Below, one piece after another: positions 36,801 through 47,800 of a stretch of DNA of 62,954 bases. Made by a program: the position numbers and the translations under genes. Source of the DNA: Asterionella formosa. Taxonomy: Eukaryota. The stretch covers positions 1 to 62,954 of the forward strand of contig NKIB01013182.1 in assembly GCA_002256025.1 (NCBI GenBank), read 5' to 3'. Position 1 is the stretch's first letter. Every line of letters begins with the position of its first letter. The notes beneath the pieces are model-generated. The model was not told the origin of the DNA. It ran no database searches and saw nothing but the letters and a program-made list of their open reading frames with translations.

Positions 36801-38059
36801 TCGCTTCGTCGAATCGTTGATCGACTTCCAAGAGCGCGACTTCCGCCTTGGCCCGGTCCGATTTCGCGTTCTCTAGGGCTTCCTCGAGGTTCGCCACTTC
36901 AATTTTCAAGGATTCAACCTGATCGACCGTTTTTTCAAGTTTTATTGTCAATTCGCTAAAATCCTTTCCTCCTTCCGTGCGTGCCCTTGACAGTTCATCA
37001 CGGTGTTCGGCCTTGCATGCATCAAGCTTGAGTTCAAATGCCTTGACATCTTCTTCTGCAGCACGCAATTCTTCTTGTGTCAATTGCAGTTCCTCGTGGG
37101 TCAGTTCCAATTCAGATGCAAGTTTCTGCATTTTCTCGATAGTGGTAAAGTGCTCTTGACGGAGCGTACCAAGTTCTGCCAGTAGTTCTTCCCTCTGTTT
37201 GTCGTTCTTGGGAGCATGGTTCCCGTTGCTATCTGGCACCTTTTGTGATTCAGCAATGATTGCGTAAGCGTCCGAGAGCTTCTGCTCTGTTTCAATCAAT
37301 TGCTCCGTAACTAACTCCAATTCATCTTCCAATCGCTTGACATAATCATTATCTTCTTTTGGGATACCATCATCATCATCATCATCATCCGGCGAGGGGA
37401 ATCCATCTTCATCTGCAAAGGACGCAATAATTGGCTCTGGCCTTATTACATGGCCATTAGTTGTAGGCTCGTGATCGAACAGTAGCATGGTTTGCTGATG
37501 CTTGGTGGTCAAAATCTCCAACTCATCTTGTAATTCTTCCAATTCAACTCTCCCTCGTTCACGTTCCACTTCCAGTTCCAATCTCGTTTCTTCCAATTCC
37601 GATTCCTTGAATGCCAATTCTTCATGTGCCGCATCACATTCTTCTTGCAAGGTCCCCACCAATCCCTCGGCTTCTCTCAATCTGGCTTGTGATTCATCTT
37701 GCATGGATTCCGCATCCCGTCGTAATTGCTGCTCGACGGACAGTTTGTACGTTGTATCATGAAGTGCCTTTTCGAGCGAGGCAAGTTGGGGTGCAATGTT
37801 TTCCAATTGAGAGGACAATGCGGCATTGGCAGCGGAACTGTCGGCCAACTTTTCTTCTGAAAATGTATGGAATGGAACCATGTCAATGGAACACGTTGAT
37901 GCATGTACATGTATAAATATTTAGTATACTAATATTGTACTTACGCATCTTGGCGATTTCAGAATCCAGTTCCTCCTCCAGTTCTCGACTGGAAGTAATG
38001 TATTCATCAAAGGCAGATTGCAGAGCTACTAGCTCAGCTTCGCGTTCAGCGATGGACAT
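33811..38059 (-). CDS. Kinesin-14-like motor with long N-terminal coiled coil beginning with a NudE/NDE1-like segment, 2 exons (~1386 aa)
   Basis: Neck LSLQGSIQVCARVRP; FAYGQTGSGKTFTM, NERSSRSH, LVDLAGSER, HVPYRDSKLT. Exon 1 (38059-37945) MSIAEREAELVALQSAFDEYITSSRELEEELDSEIAKM; intron 37944-37857 (GTAAGT..TTCAG) gives in-frame QEKLADSS. Confidence 0.92.
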
Positions 38060-38676
38060 GGAATGCAGTTCAATGGAATGGAATAGTAAAGAGTATCGGG
38101 TTGCTTCTATTTGCAATTATTCAACAAGAGCAATGCTTTGCCTGTGCTTCCAGTACGATTGATTGGCTGCTACTACAATGCCTGAGGTTGATACTGTAAT
38201 TGCAATCGTGAGCGATTGCAAATGGGAGAAGGAGCCTTCAAATATATACCAGTAGTCTCTCTCCTCACGACAACGAGACGAATCGTCTCAATCAGCAAAT
38301 GGCTATAATAGTATGTAGGTGGGTAAATTGCATTGTAGGAGTAAAATTACCTGGTGGGTGTCCTGGTACCGGTACTGCTTTTGCTACCTTGAACCACGTA
38401 CCTGTACAGATAGCATTGTTGCATTTTACAAATGAATATATCATATATCCCCGGATATTTCAAGAAGGAAAAGTAGACTGCCGGTACTGTCAAATTGTCA
38501 ACGGTCCGATTATTTCCTAATTACTTCTAGCTTGTTTCGTCCATAATTTTCTAAATATTTAGTTAGCTACCTGTAAGTTTTCAAAAAAAGAGTGACAATA
38601 TCGCCTACCGGTATTTCATGCCATGGAACTCCTCCTCGTCATCGTTTTAATAAGGAGGTAGGTTACACACTATACA

Positions 38677-40037
38677 CTACTTCCAAAGTCTCTGCAGACT
38701 AATATTGGCATCACTATCCTTCTTCATAACCTTGGCCACAGCCATTTCGAAGTCTTCTTGTGTGACATGGACTCGTCGTTCACGCAAAGCAAACATGCCC
38801 GCTTCCGTACACACAGCCTTGCATTCTGCTCCACTCCCATTAATGAGCTTCTCCGCAATGATTTTCAGGTCAATGCCACGCAACAAATTCATTTTCCGTG
38901 AATGAATCTTCATGATGGAAATACGATTTTCCACATTGGGGTTGGGGAATTCAATTTTCCTATCAATGCGACCAGGACGCAACAGTGCCGCGTCGAGAAT
39001 GTCAATGCGATTGGTAGCCATAATGACTTTAATATTTTGAGCTGGTTCGAATCCGTCAAGTTGATTGAGTAGTTCAAGCATGGTACGTTGTACTTCTGAG
39101 TCGCCTCCACCATCACCACGCGAGGAGCCGATGGAGTCAATTTCGTCCATGAAAATGATACTGGGCGACGCTTCTCGTGCCATGACAAAAAGCTCTCTCA
39201 CCATGCGACTTCCTTCTCCAATGTATTTTTGTACCAGCTCAGCGCCTGATACCCGAATGAAGGTGCAATCGGTGTGATGTGCCACAGCTCGTGCCAGCAG
39301 GGTTTTGCCAGTTCCGGGTGGGCCATAGAGGAGAACTCCCTTGGGCTGCGCCACTCCCAGTGATTCAAATAATTCCGGATGCTTGATCGGCAATTCAATC
39401 ACTTCCTTGATCTCCATGACTTGCTTTTCTAGTCCTCCAATCATATCATACGTTGAATCAGGGACTGCCTCTACCTTCATCAAGCTGACGAGCGGGTCGA
39501 CCTTAGTAGGCAGGATCTTGTGCAGTTTGTAACTATCATTTCTCAGTGCCACTCGTGTGTTTGGCTTCAAGTCCTTAATGTCAATACCCGTGTCTAAATC
39601 CACAACGTACTTCCCCTCCGGATTGATCTTGACTAGCACCTTGTTCTGTCCCATTTGCTTCACCACTTCGCCGACGTAGGATCCTGGCTCTTGCAGGTGC
39701 TGCAGTTCTTCTCGCAGCATGCGGACCTTTGCATTCAGTTCATTGCGTCGAGCCTTTAATCGTTGGAGATCTGCGAGTCGTTCTTGTGCCGTCTATTGTA
39801 GCCATGAGTGAGGAGGAGTTTTGTTAGTATATGCTTATATATATATTTGCACACGAATAATCGATATACTGCTAAATAAATTGACACGACGAACAAGCCG
39901 CACTGACAAAGCACGCCATGGAAGCAATATAGGAACTTTGCTTCCCTTCTCATCCTTCTCACCTCACTCAACTCTCCAACCTTGGAGGCGTAGTATTGCG
40001 ACATGGAGGACTGCGTTGGAGCTATTGCTGTTGTCAT
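38677..40037 (-). CDS. RPT6: 26S proteasome regulatory AAA-ATPase subunit Rpt6 (PSMC5), 2 exons
   Basis: [49 protein letters not shown]-terminal LWK. Exon 1 40037-39963; intron 39962-39793. Confidence 0.96.
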
Positions 40038-40692
40038 GGTACAATGATTTGCTCTTCTTGACAAAAGTGAATGAAAAATAGAATTTAGTTGGATATACGG
40101 TATTGTAGAAGGAATTTACCTGGTAGTTAGCAGCTGGTACCCATGTACCGGCACTCCGATTGGAGTGACGAGCATGAACCGTAAAGAATACTGTAAAACC
40201 AGTACATGAGGATTTGGACAATCACGTCCTAAAATGTTGAGGAACTTTCGCTTGGCTTCGACGACGGTCTGTCCTTCCTGCGATGGAAATCAACGCGACA
40301 TCTTACTTTTTTGACCGTCGATGTAGGTATTAACATACGCCTGATAGCAGGGACCAGTCCCCTGGTAGCTGATGATGGTACAAGGTACCAGGGTACAGTA
40401 TCGTACTAACTACTGGTAGGCCTGGGGTGCGTAAGATACTGTATCGTAAGAAGATTCGAAATTCTACCAGTGCTACATACAGTATGCACTTTGCGTTTGG
40501 GAAAAGTGGATGTGACATGCATCATGCAAGAAAGCCATGGTAAAAAGTTAACTATTCTTATTCTTATTTTGTACATAAAATAAGTAGTCAGTCTACCGGA
40601 GGCATCTTGGGAGGTAGAGAATATCGAAAGATTTCATTGATATTCGTGTAACTTCCATCTCACAGCAGATTGATTAATTCACATCGTTCCAC

Positions 40693-43600
40693 ATGACAAC
40701 GGAAGCAACAGCAACACAGCCACCAGCAACATCTTGCTGTGGCCCGTCGTGTACCTGCGGCATTCATTGCCAATGCACAGAGTCTCTGTGCTTCTGTGCC
40801 GCGGCAAAGGTCATGAACAGTCTAGTCAGTCCCGCCGCTACCGCTACCGCACCAGCACTTGAGCTGCACTGTTACATGGCCTCATGGAAGATCGAAATGA
40901 CCTGCCATGGATGCGTTCAGACTGCCATGGGAGTGTTGGGAGACACCGCCACAGTCACCTTGGCCACGCAAGCAGCGACCCGGCCAGTTCCTTCCATGGC
41001 TGTCGCCAAGGCTCTGACAGAGGAACTGGAAGACGTCGGATTGGCAGCTGCGCTGGTAGCACTGGAAGAGGTACTGCCAAACGATGACGCTATCAAGGCT
41101 CACAGAGAGGAACGGATGAATTCGCAACTGCTGAATGCCGGGGCAGGGACTGCTACTACTGACTCGATCTGTGACGCACCGCAACCAGCAGCGACTCAGT
41201 CCCAGACCGTGGAACTCATGGTTGGAGGGATGACATGTGCCATGTGTTCGCGAGCCATTACACAATCCCTCTTGGCACTGCCAGGAGTGATCAATGTGGC
41301 AGTTTCATTGGCGACCAATGTTGCCACAGTGGAATACACAACAACGGGATCAGCAACCGCAACGCAAGCGTCGGAACAAATGAAAGTTGCCATTGAATCG
41401 GTAGGATATGAAGTTACACAAATTCTGTCCAAACGACAAGATACAAAATTAGAGCAATTGACTCAACGACAACAACAAGATGTGGGACTCAAAAAATCTG
41501 CCTTTCTATGGTCCTTGGTGGGGACAATCCCAATTATGACCATGACTATGATATTGCCTCATGCGCTCGCCAACTCATCAGGACTGCTAACATGGCTACA
41601 TACCACAGTAGCTGTATTCAAACAACAAATTATGCGAGAGTCTTTAATGTTGTTGGGATTGGCTTCACTGGTACAATTTGGATCTGGATACACGTTTTAT
41701 CGAACATCATATCACAATGTAAAGTCAGGTCAACTTGGAATGGACGTGCTGGTGGCATTGGGAACAACAGCCAGTTACCTGTATGCATGCAATGAGGCAT
41801 GGACTGGCAAAGAAGCACATTTCTTTGAAACATCGTCGGTGTTGATTGCCTTTGTCTTGTTGGGGAAATGGATGAATTCATTGGCTGTTAGGCGAACATC
41901 AGATGCATTGACTCAACTAATGCAACTTCAATCCAAGACAGCCATTCAGATCATACCCAAGGATCAGTCAAAAATCATGTGGAATCCACAAGCATCACTT
42001 CCCACAAGCGCTATCATGACGCTAGATACATCTACGTTTGACCCCATGGTTGATGCCTACACAGAACAAATTGTTTCAGTGGATTTCATTCATCCTAAAG
42101 ATACTGTTAAAGTCTTGAGAGGAGCTTCCATTCCTGCTGATGGTGTTGTCTCGCACGGGGAAATGACTGTCGATGAAAGTATGATTACCGGGGAATCGGT
42201 TCCAGTCTTAAAATCTCCAGGATCACTTGTCTTGGGCGGAACTGTTTGTCAAGAAACTACAGGAGCATTTGTATCCGTCACGGGTGTAGGGGCATCCACG
42301 GCATTAGCACAAATTGTCCAGCTGGTACAAGATGCACAGACACGACAAGTCCCGATACAATTCTTGGCAGACACTATATCCAGTGTATTTGTTCCCACTA
42401 TATGTATACTTTCTGTCATAACATACATGACGTGGTATGCACTATGCATGACGGGTGTTGTTCCCGCAGAATGGTTTCAAGAGGAAGGGCCCGGAACTTT
42501 TTCACTCATGTTTGGAATAGCTTGTTTGGTCATTTCTTGTCCATGTGCCTTGGGATTGGCTACTCCTACAGCAGTCATGGTTGGGACTGGCATTGGAGCC
42601 AAACATGGGATTTTGATGAAGGGAGGGGAAGCACTAGAGGCTGCATCCAAAGTTGATGCAGTCGTTTTTGACAAGACGGGAACATTAACCAAGGGAAATC
42701 CCGGTATTACTGACTTTTGGCAAGTAGATGAGGCAATATGGGACAAGGAATATTTTCTTTGGATGCTAGGATCTTTGGAGAGGAATTCCGAACACCCCTT
42801 GGCAATTGCTGTTGTTGCGTATACAGAACGAGAGATAGGCTCGTATCTGGAGAAAAATCCATTCCTCCAGCCAAAGAAATTTAAAGCTGTTACGGGCCGT
42901 GGAGCTTCAGGAACGATTGATGGGGTAAAGGTTGCTGTTGGCAACAGATCATTTTGTGACATGAAACATATATCCATATCATCTGAGGTGGAAAGACAGA
43001 TGGCATTTCTTGAACATGCGGGTAAAACTGCAATAATTGCTGCCATTGAAGGGAAGATTGCTGGTGTCATGGGAATTGCCGATGTGCTCAAGTCAGATGC
43101 AGTCGCATCATTGGCATATCTTCAAAATCAAATGGGTGTGGAGGTTTGGATGGTGACCGGTGACAATGCTCGAACAGCAAGGGCCATTTCAAAACTGCTC
43201 GGCCTATCACCTGACAGGGTCATTTCCGAAGCACTGCCAGCTGCCAAGGTTCAACAAGTAAAGAAACTTCAAGCAGAAGGCAAAATTGTAGCAATGATTG
43301 GCGATGGAATCAATGACTCTCCTGCATTAGCACAAGCAGATGTTGGGATGAGCTTGGGCACAGGAGCTGAAATCGCCGCAGAAGCAGCAGATATGGTTTT
43401 GGTTCGTGGACATGTTCAAGATGTTTGTACAGCATTGGATTTGAGCCGAGTCATTTTCCGACGAATACAGTTAAATTTATTTCTGTCACTTGTGTATAAC
43501 TGTCTTGGAATTCCGGTTGCAGCTGGAGTGTTTTATCCATTTATTCGTACCCGGCTGCCACCAACACTGGCTGCAGTTGCGATGGCATTGAGTTCTTTCA

Positions 43601-43785
43601 GTGTTGTTTCAAGTAGTCTGGCTTTAAGGCTATACAAACCACCCAAGGTGGAAGTGCTTCAGCAGGAATCGTTTGTGAGCCAAAGTGTGGAGCCCACAAG
43701 TTCAGTTAACGACAATGATTTGACACAACCTCTGCTTCATAATCGACATGATGATGCAGAATTGAGAATGGAAGAGGGCTTGTAA
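40693..43785 (+). CDS. P1B-1 type Cu(I)-transporting ATPase (ATP7/CopA/HMA5-like)
   Basis: HMA motifs MTCHGC and GMTCAMC; TGES; CPC; DKTGT; SEHP; GDGINDSPALA; YN; MALSS. Confidence 0.95.
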   Translation: MTTEATATQPPATSCCGPSCTCGIHCQCTESLCFCAAAKVMNSLVSPAATATAPALELHCYMASWKIEMTCHGCVQTAMGVLGDTATVTLATQAATRPVPSMAVAKALTEELEDVGLAAALVALEEVLPNDDAIKAHREERMNSQLLNAGAGTATTDSICDAPQPAATQSQTVELMVGGMTCAMCSRAITQSLLALPGVINVAVSLATNVATVEYTTTGSATATQASEQMKVAIESVGYEVTQILSKRQDTKLEQLTQRQQQDVGLKKSAFLWSLVGTIPIMTMTMILPHALANSSGLLTWLHTTVAVFKQQIMRESLMLLGLASLVQFGSGYTFYRTSYHNVKSGQLGMDVLVALGTTASYLYACNEAWTGKEAHFFETSSVLIAFVLLGKWMNSLAVRRTSDALTQLMQLQSKTAIQIIPKDQSKIMWNPQASLPTSAIMTLDTSTFDPMVDAYTEQIVSVDFIHPKDTVKVLRGASIPADGVVSHGEMTVDESMITGESVPVLKSPGSLVLGGTVCQETTGAFVSVTGVGASTALAQIVQLVQDAQTRQVPIQFLADTISSVFVPTICILSVITYMTWYALCMTGVVPAEWFQEEGPGTFSLMFGIACLVISCPCALGLATPTAVMVGTGIGAKHGILMKGGEALEAASKVDAVVFDKTGTLTKGNPGITDFWQVDEAIWDKEYFLWMLGSLERNSEHPLAIAVVAYTEREIGSYLEKNPFLQPKKFKAVTGRGASGTIDGVKVAVGNRSFCDMKHISISSEVERQMAFLEHAGKTAIIAAIEGKIAGVMGIADVLKSDAVASLAYLQNQMGVEVWMVTGDNARTARAISKLLGLSPDRVISEALPAAKVQQVKKLQAEGKIVAMIGDGINDSPALAQADVGMSLGTGAEIAAEAADMVLVRGHVQDVCTALDLSRVIFRRIQLNLFLSLVYNCLGIPVAAGVFYPFIRTRLPPTLAAVAMALSSFSVVSSSLALRLYKPPKVEVLQQESFVSQSVEPTSSVNDNDLTQPLLHNRHDDAELRMEEGL

Positions 43786-44483
43786 ACAACAGGATGCTGT
43801 GTTTTAGTTGAAAATGGATCAACTCACCAGCTTTGTAAAAAGGACTTCTCTTATTTTTATTCCATTGATAATAGGTTTTCTATTCTAAAAACCAATCGTA
43901 ATGCATACATCTGCTCATAAATCATAGTGATGCTCCAATTGGCTCCATTTCTTAAAACAATTCCTTCTTGTCGATGACAATCCTCAACCTCTCTACTCCA
44001 TTCATTTCCCCTCGCTTCTTCTTTGTCTCTAGCACTTTGGAGTTTCTTGGCATCACAAGAAAAGACAAGAGGACCGTTAATTTGATACCCGAATTTTCTT
44101 GAGCATTTTGGTTGCCTTTCCAGCAATACTTGTCCCGATTTGTGTTGGGCGTGTCGTCATAGTCACCATGGACGATTCTCGAATTGCTCTTTGTGGCTCC
44201 TTGTGAAACATCATCAGCAGCCTCTAGCCAGAGAATGGCTAGCTTGTATCTGGATAGTTCCCTAGTAAAAGCAGCTCCGATACAACCCGAATTAATGATG
44301 AGTACATTGTAGGTTCAATCTGGTTTGGTTTCTGTTTTTCTGGACTGGCTGCGAGGACAAAAAGCAGGGCAGGAGAATCTTCTGTCTTCAATGTCAAGCC
44401 ATTCGCCGCCTCGCTTAATATAATCACTCCCTTGAAAAAAGCATTTTATCTTTTGGGTATAAGTTCAAAATTCTTCATCGCTC

Positions 44484-44712
44484 ATCCTATATAGAGATGT
44501 GTCGTCGCTAAAAAAGGGAAAATGAGGGACCGTGATATTCTCCGAATTCGACCGTCGAAGGATCGTAATTAAGTCATTATCCGGTATTATGGAATATCAT
44601 CCTAAATAGAGTTGTGTCGTCGCTAAACAGGAGAATGAGGTTGGTACTCATTGTAAACGCAAACCGTGATATTCTCCGAATTAGAACGTCGAAGGATGGT
44701 AATTACGTCATT
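44484..44712. repeat. Imperfect direct duplication (~95 bp x2) in the region upstream of the 44892 gene
   Basis: atccta(t/a)atagag(a/t)tgtgtcgtcgctaaa...accgtgatattctccgaatt..cgtcgaaggat.gtaatta.gtcatt occurs at ~44484-44578 and ~44598-44712; the second copy has a ~20-bp insertion. Confidence 0.8.
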
Positions 44713-44891
44713 GTGGCAATCGCTGAAATTCATTATATCATACGTACTTGTATATCGTAAACAAGGCGACAAACTCTGTTTGTCAATGGGCATTAACCGT
44801 TAAACAGCCTCACAAAATTCTGTAAAACCACTTCGCTCATATCATGTTACAGGTATTTGCATAATAGCGCACAGTTCTGTAACTGGATAAC

Positions 44892-47800
44892 ATGGTGCAA
44901 AATGCATTCGTCGACAATGTCGAAATTTGCGTCATGTGCGTGTGCGATAAGCCTCCAAGGTTGCCACTCAGAGAAGAGCTTGTCTCGCTTGGCGTAGAGG
45001 TTATTCGCAATGCAAAAGGCACTGGAGTAAATGCAATAAAGTCGGCAGTGAAAGAGACTGTCAAGGGTTTTCGCAAAACTATAAAGGATCGCGAGAAGAA
45101 AAGGTTTCGATTCTTTCCCAGGGTAGCGAAACAGAAGGAATTGGAGCGCGATCTTCGACAAGGAAGGAAGTCTATCACGTATCATGACTACGCCAGAAAG
45201 CTTCTTGAGCAAACAAGCTCAGAAGATTCAAGCTCTTTGTCCAGTTGCGGAAGCATTTTTACATCGGAAAATGAGATGCAACCAGGTCAAGGTCAGCCTG
45301 GACTGCCCACAAGTGCTGAAGCCAAGGTAGCAGGAAAGGATCAAAGGGATGTGCAGCAACAAACAATTGATTCTGCTTGGGCTAAATTTACTGCATCAGA
45401 CCAGGAACTGGAAGCCAAGGAGATACTAAGGTTTCCAGAGCAGGGTGGAGTTCTGACGAATGTTGTATCCGGGTGGAGACATGGATGGGATGAAAGGGAT
45501 TCTAACCTTGCTTTTGCTGTATTTTCTCAAGACAATCAAGGACTTAAAACCAAGGTCACTGGCGATATCGATGCCAGTTTCAGCTGGTCATCAGAACCCA
45601 AGTATGCCTTCCCCACTGAAACATACTGCACTAGCGATGAGCGAGACACCTCAAATGACTTCAATAACCCGTTTAGTTTTACAAACGAAACCCCCTTTAA
45701 TGATGAAGATGATGCAGATAGAACTTCCATTCATGGATTGTCTGAGCTTTTTGGTACTGAATCATATACAAATAGAAATCTTCCGTGGTATGAAAATTTT
45801 GAGATGAATATGACTACCGGAAGTCCAGTCATTGCCAATATGAATAAGCTCGAGATGCCACTCATTCCATCCAATGTACCATCAGTTCTAACAGAACAAG
45901 AAAAAAGGCAGATAGGCAGCAGGAACTGGGCTATATCAACCTTCAATGGCATTGCCGATGGAATCTATGAAGTCACCTCTTCCAATGAATCAGAAACTTT
46001 CAAGGAACCAATTGAGGATAATAGAAATCATACTTCCAGTGTCAATGATCTCTTGAGGGTTTCTGCTGCATGTGTTAATGGTACTGGCTCTGCTTGCGCT
46101 GCTTTTCAATCCAATACAACCAAGAAGGAGTTTTTTACCACTCTTAACAAAGTATTTGCAGTTCCCGAAGAAATCCAAACAATACTCAATGGACAGCCAG
46201 AATTAGCCAAGGCGAAAATGCGAACTGATGGCAGACTAGCTCTCCATGTAGCTTGCAACCGATGTTTTCCGGATCGATTCAGGAAGAAGAAAACTACTGA
46301 TCTTTTGAGTATTTTAGATCACCTTATTAATGATATCAGCATGTTCCGTTCTATCATTGAAATTGTTGCAAGGGCATTTAAGGAAGCATGTGCAGTGCCC
46401 GATAAGAACAGTGATCTTCCTGTGCACTTGTTAGCCCGTCGCCTTCTTGAGTGGGAGTCAGAGTGGCATTTTAAATTTGAAAATGGAAGTATTTTAAGTG
46501 GCGAAAACATGGCAAAGCTCACTCGGCTGCATCGAGAAATGGCACTTTCCATTGATATTGTATTGGAGCCGATTGCTGTTACTCGTGCATCATGTTGTCG
46601 AAGAGGCAGCGTGGGAAGAATTTTACCACTTCATATTGCGTCAATCTTTATTGTTCAGTACAACACACTTGAAAAAGTTCTAGCAACCTATCCAGAGGCA
46701 GCTACTGTCCCTTGCAATCTCAATGGGCTGCAGTCTGTCTTCAAAAGTGATGCCCTCCCATTGGAACTACTTGAAAGTCGTAGAAATCAGAATGTGTCTG
46801 ATGAATTAGTTAAACATGACCAAAAGGCTAAAAAGGGAAAATATGGTGTAAAGTGGACCCAATCTGTGTTGGACAATGGAAGTCATGCGGAAGACCTTGT
46901 ATGCAGGTCTGACCTCATCTTTGCCTTTTATCCAAGTATTCTTCCTTTCCGCAAAGATGCTGATCGAATGCAGCGTATTGAGTCCCTCATTTGTACTGAG
47001 GCCAAATTCCAGGCTGTTATGTCTGATTTTGACGATAGTTTGTTTGATCCAGCAGTTCGATCTGCTTGGGTCTGGATGTGTACATTTGATGAGTCCACGG
47101 CTGACGAGAAAGACAGCTATGTCCCAAGTGTTGAACATATTGTTAACTCGCTTGATTTGAACGCCGTGAAGAAATTGTCAGCAATGAAAACTTTCAGGGG
47201 ACAGAAAGTATTAGATATCGCAATCTCACCCTGTGCAGAAGTCATCCGATCCCGATTAGACGGCAACAACATGACGACACAGAAATTTTCACCTTCTGAT
47301 AGCATGCTATCAATTTCATCTTCACTATTGTCAAGACGGTCTATTCTGAGAAATACGAAATTAAGCCAACACTATCGATCTCAGCGAGCAACTCTACATG
47401 TGAGTTCATTAGCCAAACAAGTTTTCAATGTTAAAACAAGTGCCTTTCCGACAAGCTTTGTTATCTTGCCCTATAAGTTGAAGAGGAATCAGGATGGCTC
47501 CTTGTCACTTGAGTCAGCGGCTTCCGCAAATACAGCTGCAAAGTTCGCAAATTTGCTTTTAGAATTTACTCAACCCAGAAATATCCATCACATTCTTGAA
47601 AGGAAGGCCAATCAATTCTCAGAGAGACAGGTTGAGGATATGCATACAGATGGCTGGGCATTCAATGAGGTGACGCTTAATCTTCTTACAAATGATCTCC
47701 TTAGTCTTTTTCGGAAACAAAAATGTGGCTTCTTGTATCTTCTCGATGAAGCTAGTGGAGTGCCCGTAGTGCCCTCTGAGACTGACAGTCATTTATCATT

